The notes under the pieces are model-generated. The model had not been told where the DNA came from and searched no databases. It worked only from the letters and a program-made list of their open reading frames with translations. From sequence record NC_047830.1: 53,092 nucleotides of DNA. One strand, 5' to 3'. Of this stretch, positions 44,538-53,092 are shown piece after piece. The translations under genes and the position numbers were made by a program. The stretch's first letter is position 1; every line of letters begins with the position of its first letter. This DNA comes from Escherichia phage ST32.

Positions 44538-45324
44538 TCATAACAATAACCAAAATGCTCCTGACATTAACACAAGTTATCCAGGGCACATCTACAACTT
44601 CGATGACAAAACACAAACGTGTGAAGTCCAGCTTGCAATCGAAAACCTGTTTGTGGGTTATGCCGAAGCCTATACCTTGCAGCCGAAACAAAGGTTGCAG
44701 GGTGTTCCTGTACAGTTTATTCAGGGTGGTGGCTGGAGTTTAACCCACCCTGTTCCCGATGGTACACCATGTTATGTTCATTTCTCACAACGAGGAATAG
44801 ACCACTGGTTGTCCCAGAACAAAGACAGCGCTGGCTTAATAAATGGGCGCCCTGCTCCTGAGTTTAGCCAACTGTTTTCCCACAATGCTGCTGTGTGCAC
44901 TATCGGGACTCAACCTTTGACCAAAGTTATTCCAGGATTTAATGGTGGAGTAGCAGAACTGCGCAATGCAGACAGAAGCCAAAGGCTGACACTGCACGGC
45001 GACGGTTTAATTGAAATCATTACTGGCGCTGCGAAGATTCAAATCACAAAAGATTCGGAGATTCTTGTTGAAGTTACGTCGCAAGCTACAGTTAAAGCGC
45101 CGCAGATTACATTGGATGGCGACACGACCGTTACAAAATCCTTAACAGTGATGGGTGGCATGGCTGTATCTGGCACTAAAGATGGCTCCACTGCAACGTT
45201 CACTGGCAACTTTAAGATGGATGGCAACATGGTTCAAACTGGTTCCCTCACTCTTAACGGTATTAAGGTTGATGGTCACACTCACACTAACCCAGAAGGC
45301 GGCGATGTTGGGCCGATGAAATAA
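44509..45324 (+). CDS. baseplate spike protein (gpV-like), start uncertain
   Basis: C-terminal beta-helix-like repeats ending VDGHTHTNPEGGDVGP; non-ATG start (TTG 44509 or GTG 44530). Confidence 0.55.
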   Translation: MTRVYLNVASHNNNQNAPDINTSYPGHIYNFDDKTQTCEVQLAIENLFVGYAEAYTLQPKQRLQGVPVQFIQGGGWSLTHPVPDGTPCYVHFSQRGIDHWLSQNKDSAGLINGRPAPEFSQLFSHNAAVCTIGTQPLTKVIPGFNGGVAELRNADRSQRLTLHGDGLIEIITGAAKIQITKDSEILVEVTSQATVKAPQITLDGDTTVTKSLTVMGGMAVSGTKDGSTATFTGNFKMDGNMVQTGSLTLNGIKVDGHTHTNPEGGDVGPMK

Positions 45325-45695
45325 TGGCTGGAAATTTAGCTCTTGATTCAAACCACGACATTATTATTGGGCGTGGAACAACCCGTATTTCAGGTGCTGC
45401 TCAAGTTGCTCAATTGGTTAAGTGCAGATTGCTGACAATATTCGGCGAATGGAAGCTCGACAATTCGTTGGGCTTACCGTGGTTCGAAGCAATCTTTGCC
45501 AAGCAAGTTCGTCCTTCGGATATTGAGGCTGCAATAGCCAACATTATCCGAGGGACTGCTGGTGTTCAGCAACTGCTTTCCATAGATATTGATGCAGACT
45601 ACCGAGACAGAAAACTTGGAATCTCCTTCACTGCATTGTCTGATTATGGCAACATTACGGAATTCTTAACATGGCAACAATCCAATACGGCGTAA
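45324..45695 (+). CDS. baseplate wedge protein (gpW/gp25-like, low confidence)
   Basis: 123 aa ORF between spike and J-like gene. Confidence 0.45.
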   Translation: MAGNLALDSNHDIIIGRGTTRISGAAQVAQLVKCRLLTIFGEWKLDNSLGLPWFEAIFAKQVRPSDIEAAIANIIRGTAGVQQLLSIDIDADYRDRKLGISFTALSDYGNITEFLTWQQSNTA

Positions 45696-46828
45696 CAGAG
45701 AATGGCTTTGTTCGCAAGCCTGTGGCTGACGTTGTAGCTAACCTCAATAACAAATTTATTGCCGCATTTGGTTCCAACTTTGACATAAGTCCAGAATCTC
45801 CTGATGGGCAATATATCGGAATCATGGCCGACGAAATAGCCTCGTGCTGGGAACAGGCCGAACAAGTGTTTAACGCCTTCCGTCCTGGTGCTGTATCTGG
45901 TATTGGGCTGGATAACATTTGCGAATTAACAAACACTGTTCGATATGTTGACAAGCCTTCACAGGCAACTGTTTTGTGCAAAGGTGATTCAGGAACTGTT
46001 GTACCTGCTGGCTCTGTTGTAACTGACGGAACCATGCGCTTCACTCTTGATACAGACGTAACACTTCCAGGTGACGTAACTGTTATCGCAGAAGAAGCTG
46101 GCGAATATTACATCGCACCAAACTCCATCAACAAAATCGTAACTCCTGTTGCTGGTTGGACTTCTGTCAACAACGAAACAGCTGGAGAAACTGGTATTAA
46201 CTATGAACCGGACCCACAACTCCGTGCACGTCGAGAAAGGACTACGGCAGTCAGTAGCACAGCCACAGTCGAAGCAATCTATGCTTCACTCGCTGACCTC
46301 GATATTGATTACATTCGTGTTCGTGATAATGATACCGGCTCTCCTATTGGCAGTCAGCCTTCGGGCACTGTATTTGTTGTAGTTGATGGCGGCACTAGCA
46401 ATGATATTGCACGTCGAATCTACAATGCCAAGACTGGCGGTGTTCCGACACATGGCGATATCACAATCACTGTTACAGACTCGAAAGGCTATCCGCACGA
46501 TATTCATTTCAGCCGACCAACTTACACAGACATTTATGTCAAAGGTACGTTCCGTCGCCGTGCAAATGCCAACCTGAGTTCTAACGATGCTATTCGTCAG
46601 TTAACCGAAGCAACTGTTAACTATCTCAACTCCCTGCAACCAGGTCAGAGTGTGGTATGGTCTAACATGTTTGCTCCAATTATGGCTGCAACACAGTCGC
46701 TTGAAATTGATTCATTATTTATTGGTATTGCTCCAAGCCCATCCGGGACAGCAACCATTGATTTGGATATTGACAAGCGTGCTCGTGGCGTTGCTGCAAA
46801 CATAACTTACACAGATGTGACAGTATAA
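45671..46828 (+). CDS. baseplate J-like protein
   Basis: 385 aa ORF in baseplate cluster. Confidence 0.55.
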   Translation: MATIQYGVTENGFVRKPVADVVANLNNKFIAAFGSNFDISPESPDGQYIGIMADEIASCWEQAEQVFNAFRPGAVSGIGLDNICELTNTVRYVDKPSQATVLCKGDSGTVVPAGSVVTDGTMRFTLDTDVTLPGDVTVIAEEAGEYYIAPNSINKIVTPVAGWTSVNNETAGETGINYEPDPQLRARRERTTAVSSTATVEAIYASLADLDIDYIRVRDNDTGSPIGSQPSGTVFVVVDGGTSNDIARRIYNAKTGGVPTHGDITITVTDSKGYPHDIHFSRPTYTDIYVKGTFRRRANANLSSNDAIRQLTEATVNYLNSLQPGQSVVWSNMFAPIMAATQSLEIDSLFIGIAPSPSGTATIDLDIDKRARGVAANITYTDVTV

Positions 46829-46829
46829 T

Positions 46830-47471
46830 ATGGCTGGTAAACATGGCTTAGACATGCTGCTTTCGCAGTATGCACTTTCACCAAACTTACGCAAATATAT
46901 CTCCATCTTCTTGGAGGAGTTTGCAGAAGTTAAGAAGGCCATGGCTGACTCAATCAAGTACAGATACTTAGCAGACTCATTCGGCATCATGGTTGACGAC
47001 CTTGCATATCTTGTAGGGGCTTCTCGTGTAATACATGGTGCCGCAGCACTTGGGTACTTTGGCTTCTATGCCAACCCAGGTGCATTCTCTGCTGGTGATG
47101 ACAATAACCCAAGTGTTGGTGGTATTCTGAAATCAGATTACGACAGAGACTCTGGGGACTTTGTTCGAACAGATGCACAGTTGAAGGATGCAATACGTGC
47201 CCGAATCATCAAGATAACTGGCAACTGTACAATCGAACAAATCATCATGTACATTGAGTTGGTTGTGGGAAGGGAACTGAAACTTCAAATCGTCGAAGGA
47301 TTTCAGACAATGGATTATGTTGTTCATGAAATGTTGTCTGTACCTGAGAAAGTTCTTATGGCGCACATGCTTCCAAACTTTAAACCTGTTGGTGTTAAGA
47401 TTACCCTCAGGGATGCTGGAGGCAATATCGCCTTGGTCTATGGTTCCAAAGATTATCCTCCGGAGAAATAA
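46830..47471 (+). CDS. baseplate/tail protein (gpI-like, hypothetical)
   Basis: ORF by position. Confidence 0.5.
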   Translation: MAGKHGLDMLLSQYALSPNLRKYISIFLEEFAEVKKAMADSIKYRYLADSFGIMVDDLAYLVGASRVIHGAAALGYFGFYANPGAFSAGDDNNPSVGGILKSDYDRDSGDFVRTDAQLKDAIRARIIKITGNCTIEQIIMYIELVVGRELKLQIVEGFQTMDYVVHEMLSVPEKVLMAHMLPNFKPVGVKITLRDAGGNIALVYGSKDYPPEK

Positions 47472-48619
47472 TGACACAACGTCTTAAGTTTAATTTTCCC
47501 TGGGCGCAAGATGGTGAAGTTAAAGACCCGGACTTGGACACCTCTGCACCAAGTTTTATTGAAAACAGATATGCCGACGTAGGTTGGGAAGTTGAGAAGC
47601 CACCTAACGAGTGGCAAAACTTCTTGTCGCAGATTAGTGACTTGAAGATTATCTCGCTCTTGTTTAGTGGTGTCGCTGAGTTTGATTCCAGTGTGACCTA
47701 TCAGGTTGGTGCAGTTTCATCGCTCGATGGTGTTGTTCGTGTCTACACTTCCACAGGTTGGGAAGAGGTACTTAACCTCAAGAAGGTTGATTACCTTAAT
47801 GACATTAGCAACTTGAAGTCTATCTACGATAACCACTTGGCTGCAACCAACCCCCACAAGGATACTGTAGACACTGTAGTTAACAAGACTTACAGCAAGT
47901 CTACCATTGATGATGCCTTTGGGAGTAAAACAGACCCAAGAACCATTGTATACCACAAGCTGCAAACTGGCCGTGTTCACCAAGAAACTCCTCAACAGCT
48001 TGGGACACTTCCAACATCTGGTGGTAAGTTCTCTGGCCCTGTGTCACTCATAGGTGGAATGAAGTTTGGAACAAACATCTCAATCCGAATGAACCCAGGA
48101 AATGGCAGAATTGAGATGCGTGCTGGAAACAGGATTCTATCCATTGATGCACTTGGCAATGTTCTGTGGAGCATAGTTGGTGGTGAGGAATATCCAGTGA
48201 TGACTGAACTGAATTATTCAGAATTTCAGATTCGCTGGGGAAACAGGTTCGCACTTCCTCAACCATACCTTGACATGAACATGAAAACATCTATCAACGA
48301 TGCCATGTCAGTTCGTGGGTGGACTATTAGTACGTCGGATGCCCCGGTATTTCATCCCAAGGGTGGGATTAAAGTTGATGACAACACAATAACCTTTGAA
48401 GGTTTTGATGTTAACTGCCCAACGTCAATCGTCATGTATGGAAGAAATGCTGGTGGAAATCTTATCACAGCAAGGTCCATAAAGGCTCCGTCTGCTGGGT
48501 ACACTTCAATGGAAACCCTGCTGACAAACATGGGATTCACCTCTGCTGTTTGGGTCGAGAGAATTACCTGTTACCCAACTCTTACCGCATATCAACAATC
48601 AATGTTAGTGAGGCCATAA
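47471..48619 (+). CDS. tail fiber / baseplate-distal protein (putative)
   Basis: ORF with GGAG RBS before the fiber genes. Confidence 0.5.
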   Translation: MTQRLKFNFPWAQDGEVKDPDLDTSAPSFIENRYADVGWEVEKPPNEWQNFLSQISDLKIISLLFSGVAEFDSSVTYQVGAVSSLDGVVRVYTSTGWEEVLNLKKVDYLNDISNLKSIYDNHLAATNPHKDTVDTVVNKTYSKSTIDDAFGSKTDPRTIVYHKLQTGRVHQETPQQLGTLPTSGGKFSGPVSLIGGMKFGTNISIRMNPGNGRIEMRAGNRILSIDALGNVLWSIVGGEEYPVMTELNYSEFQIRWGNRFALPQPYLDMNMKTSINDAMSVRGWTISTSDAPVFHPKGGIKVDDNTITFEGFDVNCPTSIVMYGRNAGGNLITARSIKAPSAGYTSMETLLTNMGFTSAVWVERITCYPTLTAYQQSMLVRP

Positions 48620-50016
48620 TGGCAATTCGTCCTAAACTGAACCGAGTCTGGACCTCAAACAACTCTGTCGCAAGACGTGACCCAGGTGATGCAAAATATC
48701 TCAAGGGCTGGGTTGCAGAGATTCCAACTTACCAGGTTCTTAACTACCTGCAATACAAGATTGACACCACAATGCTTGCACAAGCAGAACGTGGAATCTT
48801 TGAGTGGGGCAGTGATGTAAGTTATGGCGTTGGTAGTTTGGCTTGGGACGAAACAGACAAAACCATTTATGTTTGTACTGTAGCCAGTCCTAGCAAAACA
48901 CTACGCCCAAGTGCAAACTCTGCACAGTGGAGTCCAAGCTCCATTCAAGTTTCTCGTGCAAATTACGACTCAATTGTTGCAGCAATCAATGCGCACATTG
49001 CAGACGTAACCTCAAACCCGCACAAAGTAACTGCTGCACAAATTGGTGCATATGACAAATCAGAACTTGATTCAATTGTTGCCAACTATCGTGCAATGGT
49101 TCAAGCACACGTAACGGATTACAACAACCCGCACAAACTTACTGCAACTCAAGTTGGTGCCGTCCCTGTAACTGGTGGTGCATATACAGGTGAAGTAACC
49201 TTCACGACTGTTTACTTAAATGATTCCAAGACTGCCCAGATTGTTAATGATGGTGGTGGCCTGTACCTTCGTAATGGCAGCTACTATCTTGGCATCAATG
49301 GAACTACGGGCAAGGCAGAAACTGGCACTGCTTCAAGCAAGTCTGCTATTGTCACGGAACTAAACTTCCCAGATGTTAAGGCGGCACAAGAACCAAGATA
49401 TGCTGCTGAACTTCCGGCATATGAAATGTCACTTATCAAGTCTGTAAACATTCTCCGTGGCGCTGGAATTTTCAACACATTTGCAACAGAACCTGCCTAC
49501 AATGAGGCTCTTGGTGGGGCACTGGCTTTTGTAACCCCCGATGTTGGTTCTGCGGGTATAAACTGGTTCAACAATACGCAATTGTCGAATGGCTCCAGGT
49601 ACACGATATGTATAGACTATACGAAGATTGTTCAAGATGGTGCGGATGGCAACTGGCAATTTGGCTTTGGTATGGAAACCTTGAAGGTTCTCGTATGTTT
49701 TGACGGTGGCGTCATTCTGCGATACAGAAACCCGTCAGGAGTACTTGTAAACACTCCCAAGACTATTAGTCCTGCTGTTGCAACTGTCGGGAAATGGTCA
49801 AGAATTTGTGTAACAGTGGCTGACTCCACTGCAAGAATATTTGTTGACGGTGTTCTTGTGGCTCGACACAGTATTCCAGGAATAGATTCCAACAACCGTA
49901 GGCCAACACTATCGACGTGGACCAAATCTTCTGCCATTACAAGGGCAGAGTTTGCTGTACGGTCCCTTCGTATTTGGGACAGTGCGCTGTCAAATGAACA
50001 AGTCTCAACTCTATAG
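48619..50016 (+). CDS. tail fiber protein
   Basis: 465 aa; repeated NPHK(V/L)TA(A/T)Q(I/V)GA segments; GTGAGG RBS, TAATG overlap. Confidence 0.6.
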   Translation: MAIRPKLNRVWTSNNSVARRDPGDAKYLKGWVAEIPTYQVLNYLQYKIDTTMLAQAERGIFEWGSDVSYGVGSLAWDETDKTIYVCTVASPSKTLRPSANSAQWSPSSIQVSRANYDSIVAAINAHIADVTSNPHKVTAAQIGAYDKSELDSIVANYRAMVQAHVTDYNNPHKLTATQVGAVPVTGGAYTGEVTFTTVYLNDSKTAQIVNDGGGLYLRNGSYYLGINGTTGKAETGTASSKSAIVTELNFPDVKAAQEPRYAAELPAYEMSLIKSVNILRGAGIFNTFATEPAYNEALGGALAFVTPDVGSAGINWFNNTQLSNGSRYTICIDYTKIVQDGADGNWQFGFGMETLKVLVCFDGGVILRYRNPSGVLVNTPKTISPAVATVGKWSRICVTVADSTARIFVDGVLVARHSIPGIDSNNRRPTLSTWTKSSAITRAEFAVRSLRIWDSALSNEQVSTL

Positions 50017-50024
50017 GATTCAAA

Positions 50025-51071
50025 ATGGCTAAAGGTTATTCTTTAGATGCACTGGTTAACGAGCACTACATGAAGTCTCGTACCAACCTGGACAATACAA
50101 AATTGGACACCCTCACAGGGATGGATAGCGTTGGGGTGTATTACCAATCGTACAATGCTTATGCCACGACTTCAAACAATTACCCAGCAGGTGCTCAGGC
50201 AGGAACTCTTGAAGTGTTACCTCACAGCGCCAATATACTTGGCAGGGTGATGCAGCGATATACTACATACAGCTCGATGCGTTGTTGGGTTCGTAGCCAA
50301 AGATATGCCTCAGATGATGAGTCGTTTGGGAGTTGGGTGGAGCTTATAAATGTGAACAACATTTATAACGCAATCTACCCTATCGGTATTGTCCTCCAAT
50401 TTGATAATGCCACCAACCCGAACAACATGTTTACCGGAACTGTGTGGGAACAAATTGTAGACGGTCGTTCTGCCCGTGCTGCAACTGGTCCACAAGCCGG
50501 GACGACTGCGGGTCAAATTGGTTCAGTGGCTGGGTCGGATACTGCCACCATTGCTGTAGCCAACCTTCCAGGCCACACGCATGGAATGCAGAACCACACT
50601 CACAGTATTGCAGCCCACTCACACACGATGGCCCACACCCACAGCATTAACCATGACCATGGGGCAGTAAGTACCAATACCACTGGTGGGCATACCCACT
50701 CACTAAGTGGCACAGCTAACGCTGCTGGTGAACATACTCACCCAATATCTCAGGGCGATAACGCCAACGTACGAAATGGTAGGGTTGCTTCTTCAAACTC
50801 CGCTCAGACGCACGTAGGTTCGACAAACGGTGCTGGCAACCATACCCACAGCATTAGCGGCACAGCCAATAGTGCTGGCAACCACGCACATACAGTGGAC
50901 TTACCTAACTTCACAGGTACAAGTGGCGGCTCTAGTGCAGGAAGTACAGGAGGTACGGCACTAACCACTGGTGGCCCTAGCAACAACACTACGACCTCAA
51001 CTGGTGACGGCACAGCACTCAATGTGTGTAACTCCGTACACTACTATGCCTTCTGGAAACGGGTGGCTTAA
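50025..51071 (+). CDS. tail fiber protein with His-x-His repeats
   Basis: repeated GHTHS / NHTHS / EHTHP / NHAHT motifs typical of metal-binding fiber repeats. Confidence 0.65.
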   Translation: MAKGYSLDALVNEHYMKSRTNLDNTKLDTLTGMDSVGVYYQSYNAYATTSNNYPAGAQAGTLEVLPHSANILGRVMQRYTTYSSMRCWVRSQRYASDDESFGSWVELINVNNIYNAIYPIGIVLQFDNATNPNNMFTGTVWEQIVDGRSARAATGPQAGTTAGQIGSVAGSDTATIAVANLPGHTHGMQNHTHSIAAHSHTMAHTHSINHDHGAVSTNTTGGHTHSLSGTANAAGEHTHPISQGDNANVRNGRVASSNSAQTHVGSTNGAGNHTHSISGTANSAGNHAHTVDLPNFTGTSGGSSAGSTGGTALTTGGPSNNTTTSTGDGTALNVCNSVHYYAFWKRVA

Positions 51072-51078
51072 GGAACTC

Positions 51079-51420
51079 ATGGAACGTTTATCTATTCAGA
51101 TGTTTGTGGACCTAATGCACCAATATGGTGTTTGGCATGGATTGCTGGCTGGTCTGACGGCTTTAATCCGTGGGGCATACGAAAGTGAGGGATTAAGCAA
51201 AGCGTTGCTGGATGCAGCGCTATGCAGCCTGATTGGTCTGTTTGCCTTTCATGTTGCTGGCACGTTCGAAACTTTCACGACTAACGTCACAATGCAGTTA
51301 GTGTTGGCTATTGTGATTGGTGTCATTGGTGCAAACCTCATTATCACAACTGTCAGGGAAAGTTTCTCTGGCGCAATCAAACAACTTAACCCTTTAACGT
51401 GGTTCAAGAAGGCACGATGA
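51079..51420 (+). CDS. holin-like membrane protein (three hydrophobic segments)
   Basis: AAGGA RBS; hydrophobic segments; immediately upstream of a cell wall hydrolase; track ORF starts inside the fiber gene. Confidence 0.5.
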   Translation: MERLSIQMFVDLMHQYGVWHGLLAGLTALIRGAYESEGLSKALLDAALCSLIGLFAFHVAGTFETFTTNVTMQLVLAIVIGVIGANLIITTVRESFSGAIKQLNPLTWFKKAR

Positions 51421-51437
51421 AATGATAAGGAACTCGA

Positions 51438-51992
51438 ATGCTATCATTCAAAGTCCTTGCACTTCTGACAGCTTTAGTTCACATCAACGCCCCAGCTTCG
51501 GTTGGGGCAGTGAATTCTGCTATTACAGATTTTGCAAGTCATTCTTATTTAAATGGAAGTCTGAAACTATCTTCTTCACAACGCAAAGAGCTAGAATGCT
51601 ACACTAAAGTTATCTGGTATGAAGCTCGCGGAGAAGACAAACATGGAAAGATTCTGGTAGCTAATGTCGTCCGTAATAGAACTGAGTTCGGGAAGCCATT
51701 CGCTAACACCGTTTGTGATGTTGTCTATCAACGCAATCAATTTGCATGGACACGAGAAGCAAAGAAGAAGAATGCTCAATGGAAGCATGTAGCAAAGATT
51801 AATTATGCCACAGAACAACAACAAGTTCTGGACACCATTAATGTTGCAATCTCTTTTGTACTATTTAATCAACCCTCTGTCACCAAAGCAACCCACTTTT
51901 GTACAGCATCGGAGAAGTGTAACTTCAAGAATGTCAAAGGTTTGGGACGTTATGGTGGCCATAAATTCTATGAGTATCTAGGAAATCTGTAA
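51438..51992 (+). CDS. cell wall hydrolase (SleB/CwlJ-like) with N-terminal signal peptide
   Basis: signal-like [24 protein letters not shown]; [17 protein letters not shown] hydrolase motif. Confidence 0.7.
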   Translation: MLSFKVLALLTALVHINAPASVGAVNSAITDFASHSYLNGSLKLSSSQRKELECYTKVIWYEARGEDKHGKILVANVVRNRTEFGKPFANTVCDVVYQRNQFAWTREAKKKNAQWKHVAKINYATEQQQVLDTINVAISFVLFNQPSVTKATHFCTASEKCNFKNVKGLGRYGGHKFYEYLGNL

Positions 51993-53092
51993 TGGCTTAC
52001 ACTACCTTTTCACAAACCAAGAATAACCAACTATTAGAGCCAATGTTCTTTGGTCAGAACGTTAACGTTGCTCGATATGACCAACAGAAGTACAACATCT
52101 TCGAGAAGTTAATCGAGAAGCAGTTATCTTTCTTTTGGCGACCTGAAGAGGTTGATGTTAGCCAGGACCGAATTGACTATGCTGGTCTTCCTGAGTGTGA
52201 GAAACACATCTTCACCAGCAATTTGCGATACCAAATCCTGCTTGATTCCATTCAGGGACGTGGACCAACTACAGTTTTGCTGCCAATTGTGAGCATTCCT
52301 GAGCTGGAAACTTGGATTGAAACTTGGTCATTCTCAGAGACAATTCACTCTCGTTCTTACACTCATATTATTCGTAATATCGTGACAGACCCAAGTGTAA
52401 TTTTCGATGAAATTGTGGAGAATGAGCACATTAAAATGCGTGCAATCGGCATCTCCCAATATTATGACGAGCTTCAACATCTCACTTCCATGTGGCATCT
52501 GCATGAAGATGAAGTAGACCTGCGTGAGCTTAAGAAGAAGCTGTATTTATGCCTCATGTCCATCAATGCACTGGAAGCAATTCGCTTTTATGTCAGTTTT
52601 GCTTGCTCATTTGCCTTCGCTGAACGCAAGTTAATGGAAGGAAATGCCAAGATTATTCGCTTAATTGCTCGTGATGAAGCACTACATTTGACTGGAACTC
52701 AACACATGCTGAACCTTCTTGCAAGTGGTGTTGATGACCCAGAAATGGCTGAAATTGCTAAAGAATGTCGTCAAGAATGCCAAGAAATGTTCGAAAATGT
52801 GGCCCAACAAGAGAAAGATTGGGCTGATTATTTGTTCAAAGATGGCTCAATGATTGGCTTAAATAAGCAAATTCTATGCGGATATGTGGAATATATCACG
52901 AATATTCGTATGCAAGCAGTTGGATTGGATGCTCCATTCAAAGGTGCTACTAACCCGATTCCTTGGATTAACGCATGGTTGAATTCGGATGCTGTACAAG
53001 TCGCTCCACAAGAAACGGAGATTAGTTCGTACCTTGTCGGGCAGATTGATTCCGAAGTGGACACCAATGCTCTGGGCGGATTTGAATTATGA
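51992..53092 (+). CDS. nrdB: ribonucleotide reductase class Ia small subunit (NrdB)
   Basis: near-collinear match to my recollection of E. coli NrdB (N-terminus [35 protein letters not shown]-terminus [14 protein letters not shown]); stop codon is the last 3 nt of the window. Confidence 0.9.
   Translation: MAYTTFSQTKNNQLLEPMFFGQNVNVARYDQQKYNIFEKLIEKQLSFFWRPEEVDVSQDRIDYAGLPECEKHIFTSNLRYQILLDSIQGRGPTTVLLPIVSIPELETWIETWSFSETIHSRSYTHIIRNIVTDPSVIFDEIVENEHIKMRAIGISQYYDELQHLTSMWHLHEDEVDLRELKKKLYLCLMSINALEAIRFYVSFACSFAFAERKLMEGNAKIIRLIARDEALHLTGTQHMLNLLASGVDDPEMAEIAKECRQECQEMFENVAQQEKDWADYLFKDGSMIGLNKQILCGYVEYITNIRMQAVGLDAPFKGATNPIPWINAWLNSDAVQVAPQETEISSYLVGQIDSEVDTNALGGFEL

Noticed and set aside
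1-53092. Lysogeny module (integrase, repressor, attP) or cargo defense system
   Set aside because: No tyrosine or serine recombinase or repressor motifs recognised; genome reads as strictly lytic.

Overview
All convincing genes lie on the + strand and the window reads as a complete or near-complete genome of a virulent tailed dsDNA phage; no integrase or repressor was recognised. It combines T7-like enzymes with a contractile-tail (myovirus-type) structural module. The layout (compact single-subunit RNA polymerase, one tRNA, myovirus tail, about 53 kb) resembles what I recall of phiEcoM-GJ1-like (Chaseviridae) coliphages, but that is inference from memory, not a search result. Order along the window: a repeat-rich leader (1-672); a 646-aa RNA polymerase (673-2613); a 1.1-kb AT-rich repeat region (2847-3958); about 35 small early genes (3959-15008) including a T5-type M15 endolysin; a tRNA-like gene with a spanin pair inside 2.4 kb of ORF-poor DNA (15009-17403); a replication/nucleotide module (ThyX, primase-helicase, DNA polymerase, exonuclease, HNH, ligase, dNMP kinase, dUTPase; 17404-26839); then terminase, head, tail, baseplate and fibers (27467-51071); holin plus secreted SleB-like hydrolase; and an enterobacterial-type NrdB ending at the window edge. 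The most notable observations are a small protein ending in the exact E. coli SSB tip DFDDDIPF, two candidate programmed frameshifts (CCCAAAG in a head gene, T6 run in the tail chaperone), a YqaJ-like nuclease domain embedded in the tape-measure protein, and a conserved CATTAGTTGGATGTGAA promoter-like motif at 11 sites. Functional calls rest on motifs read by eye from the six-frame track; many starts are uncertain.
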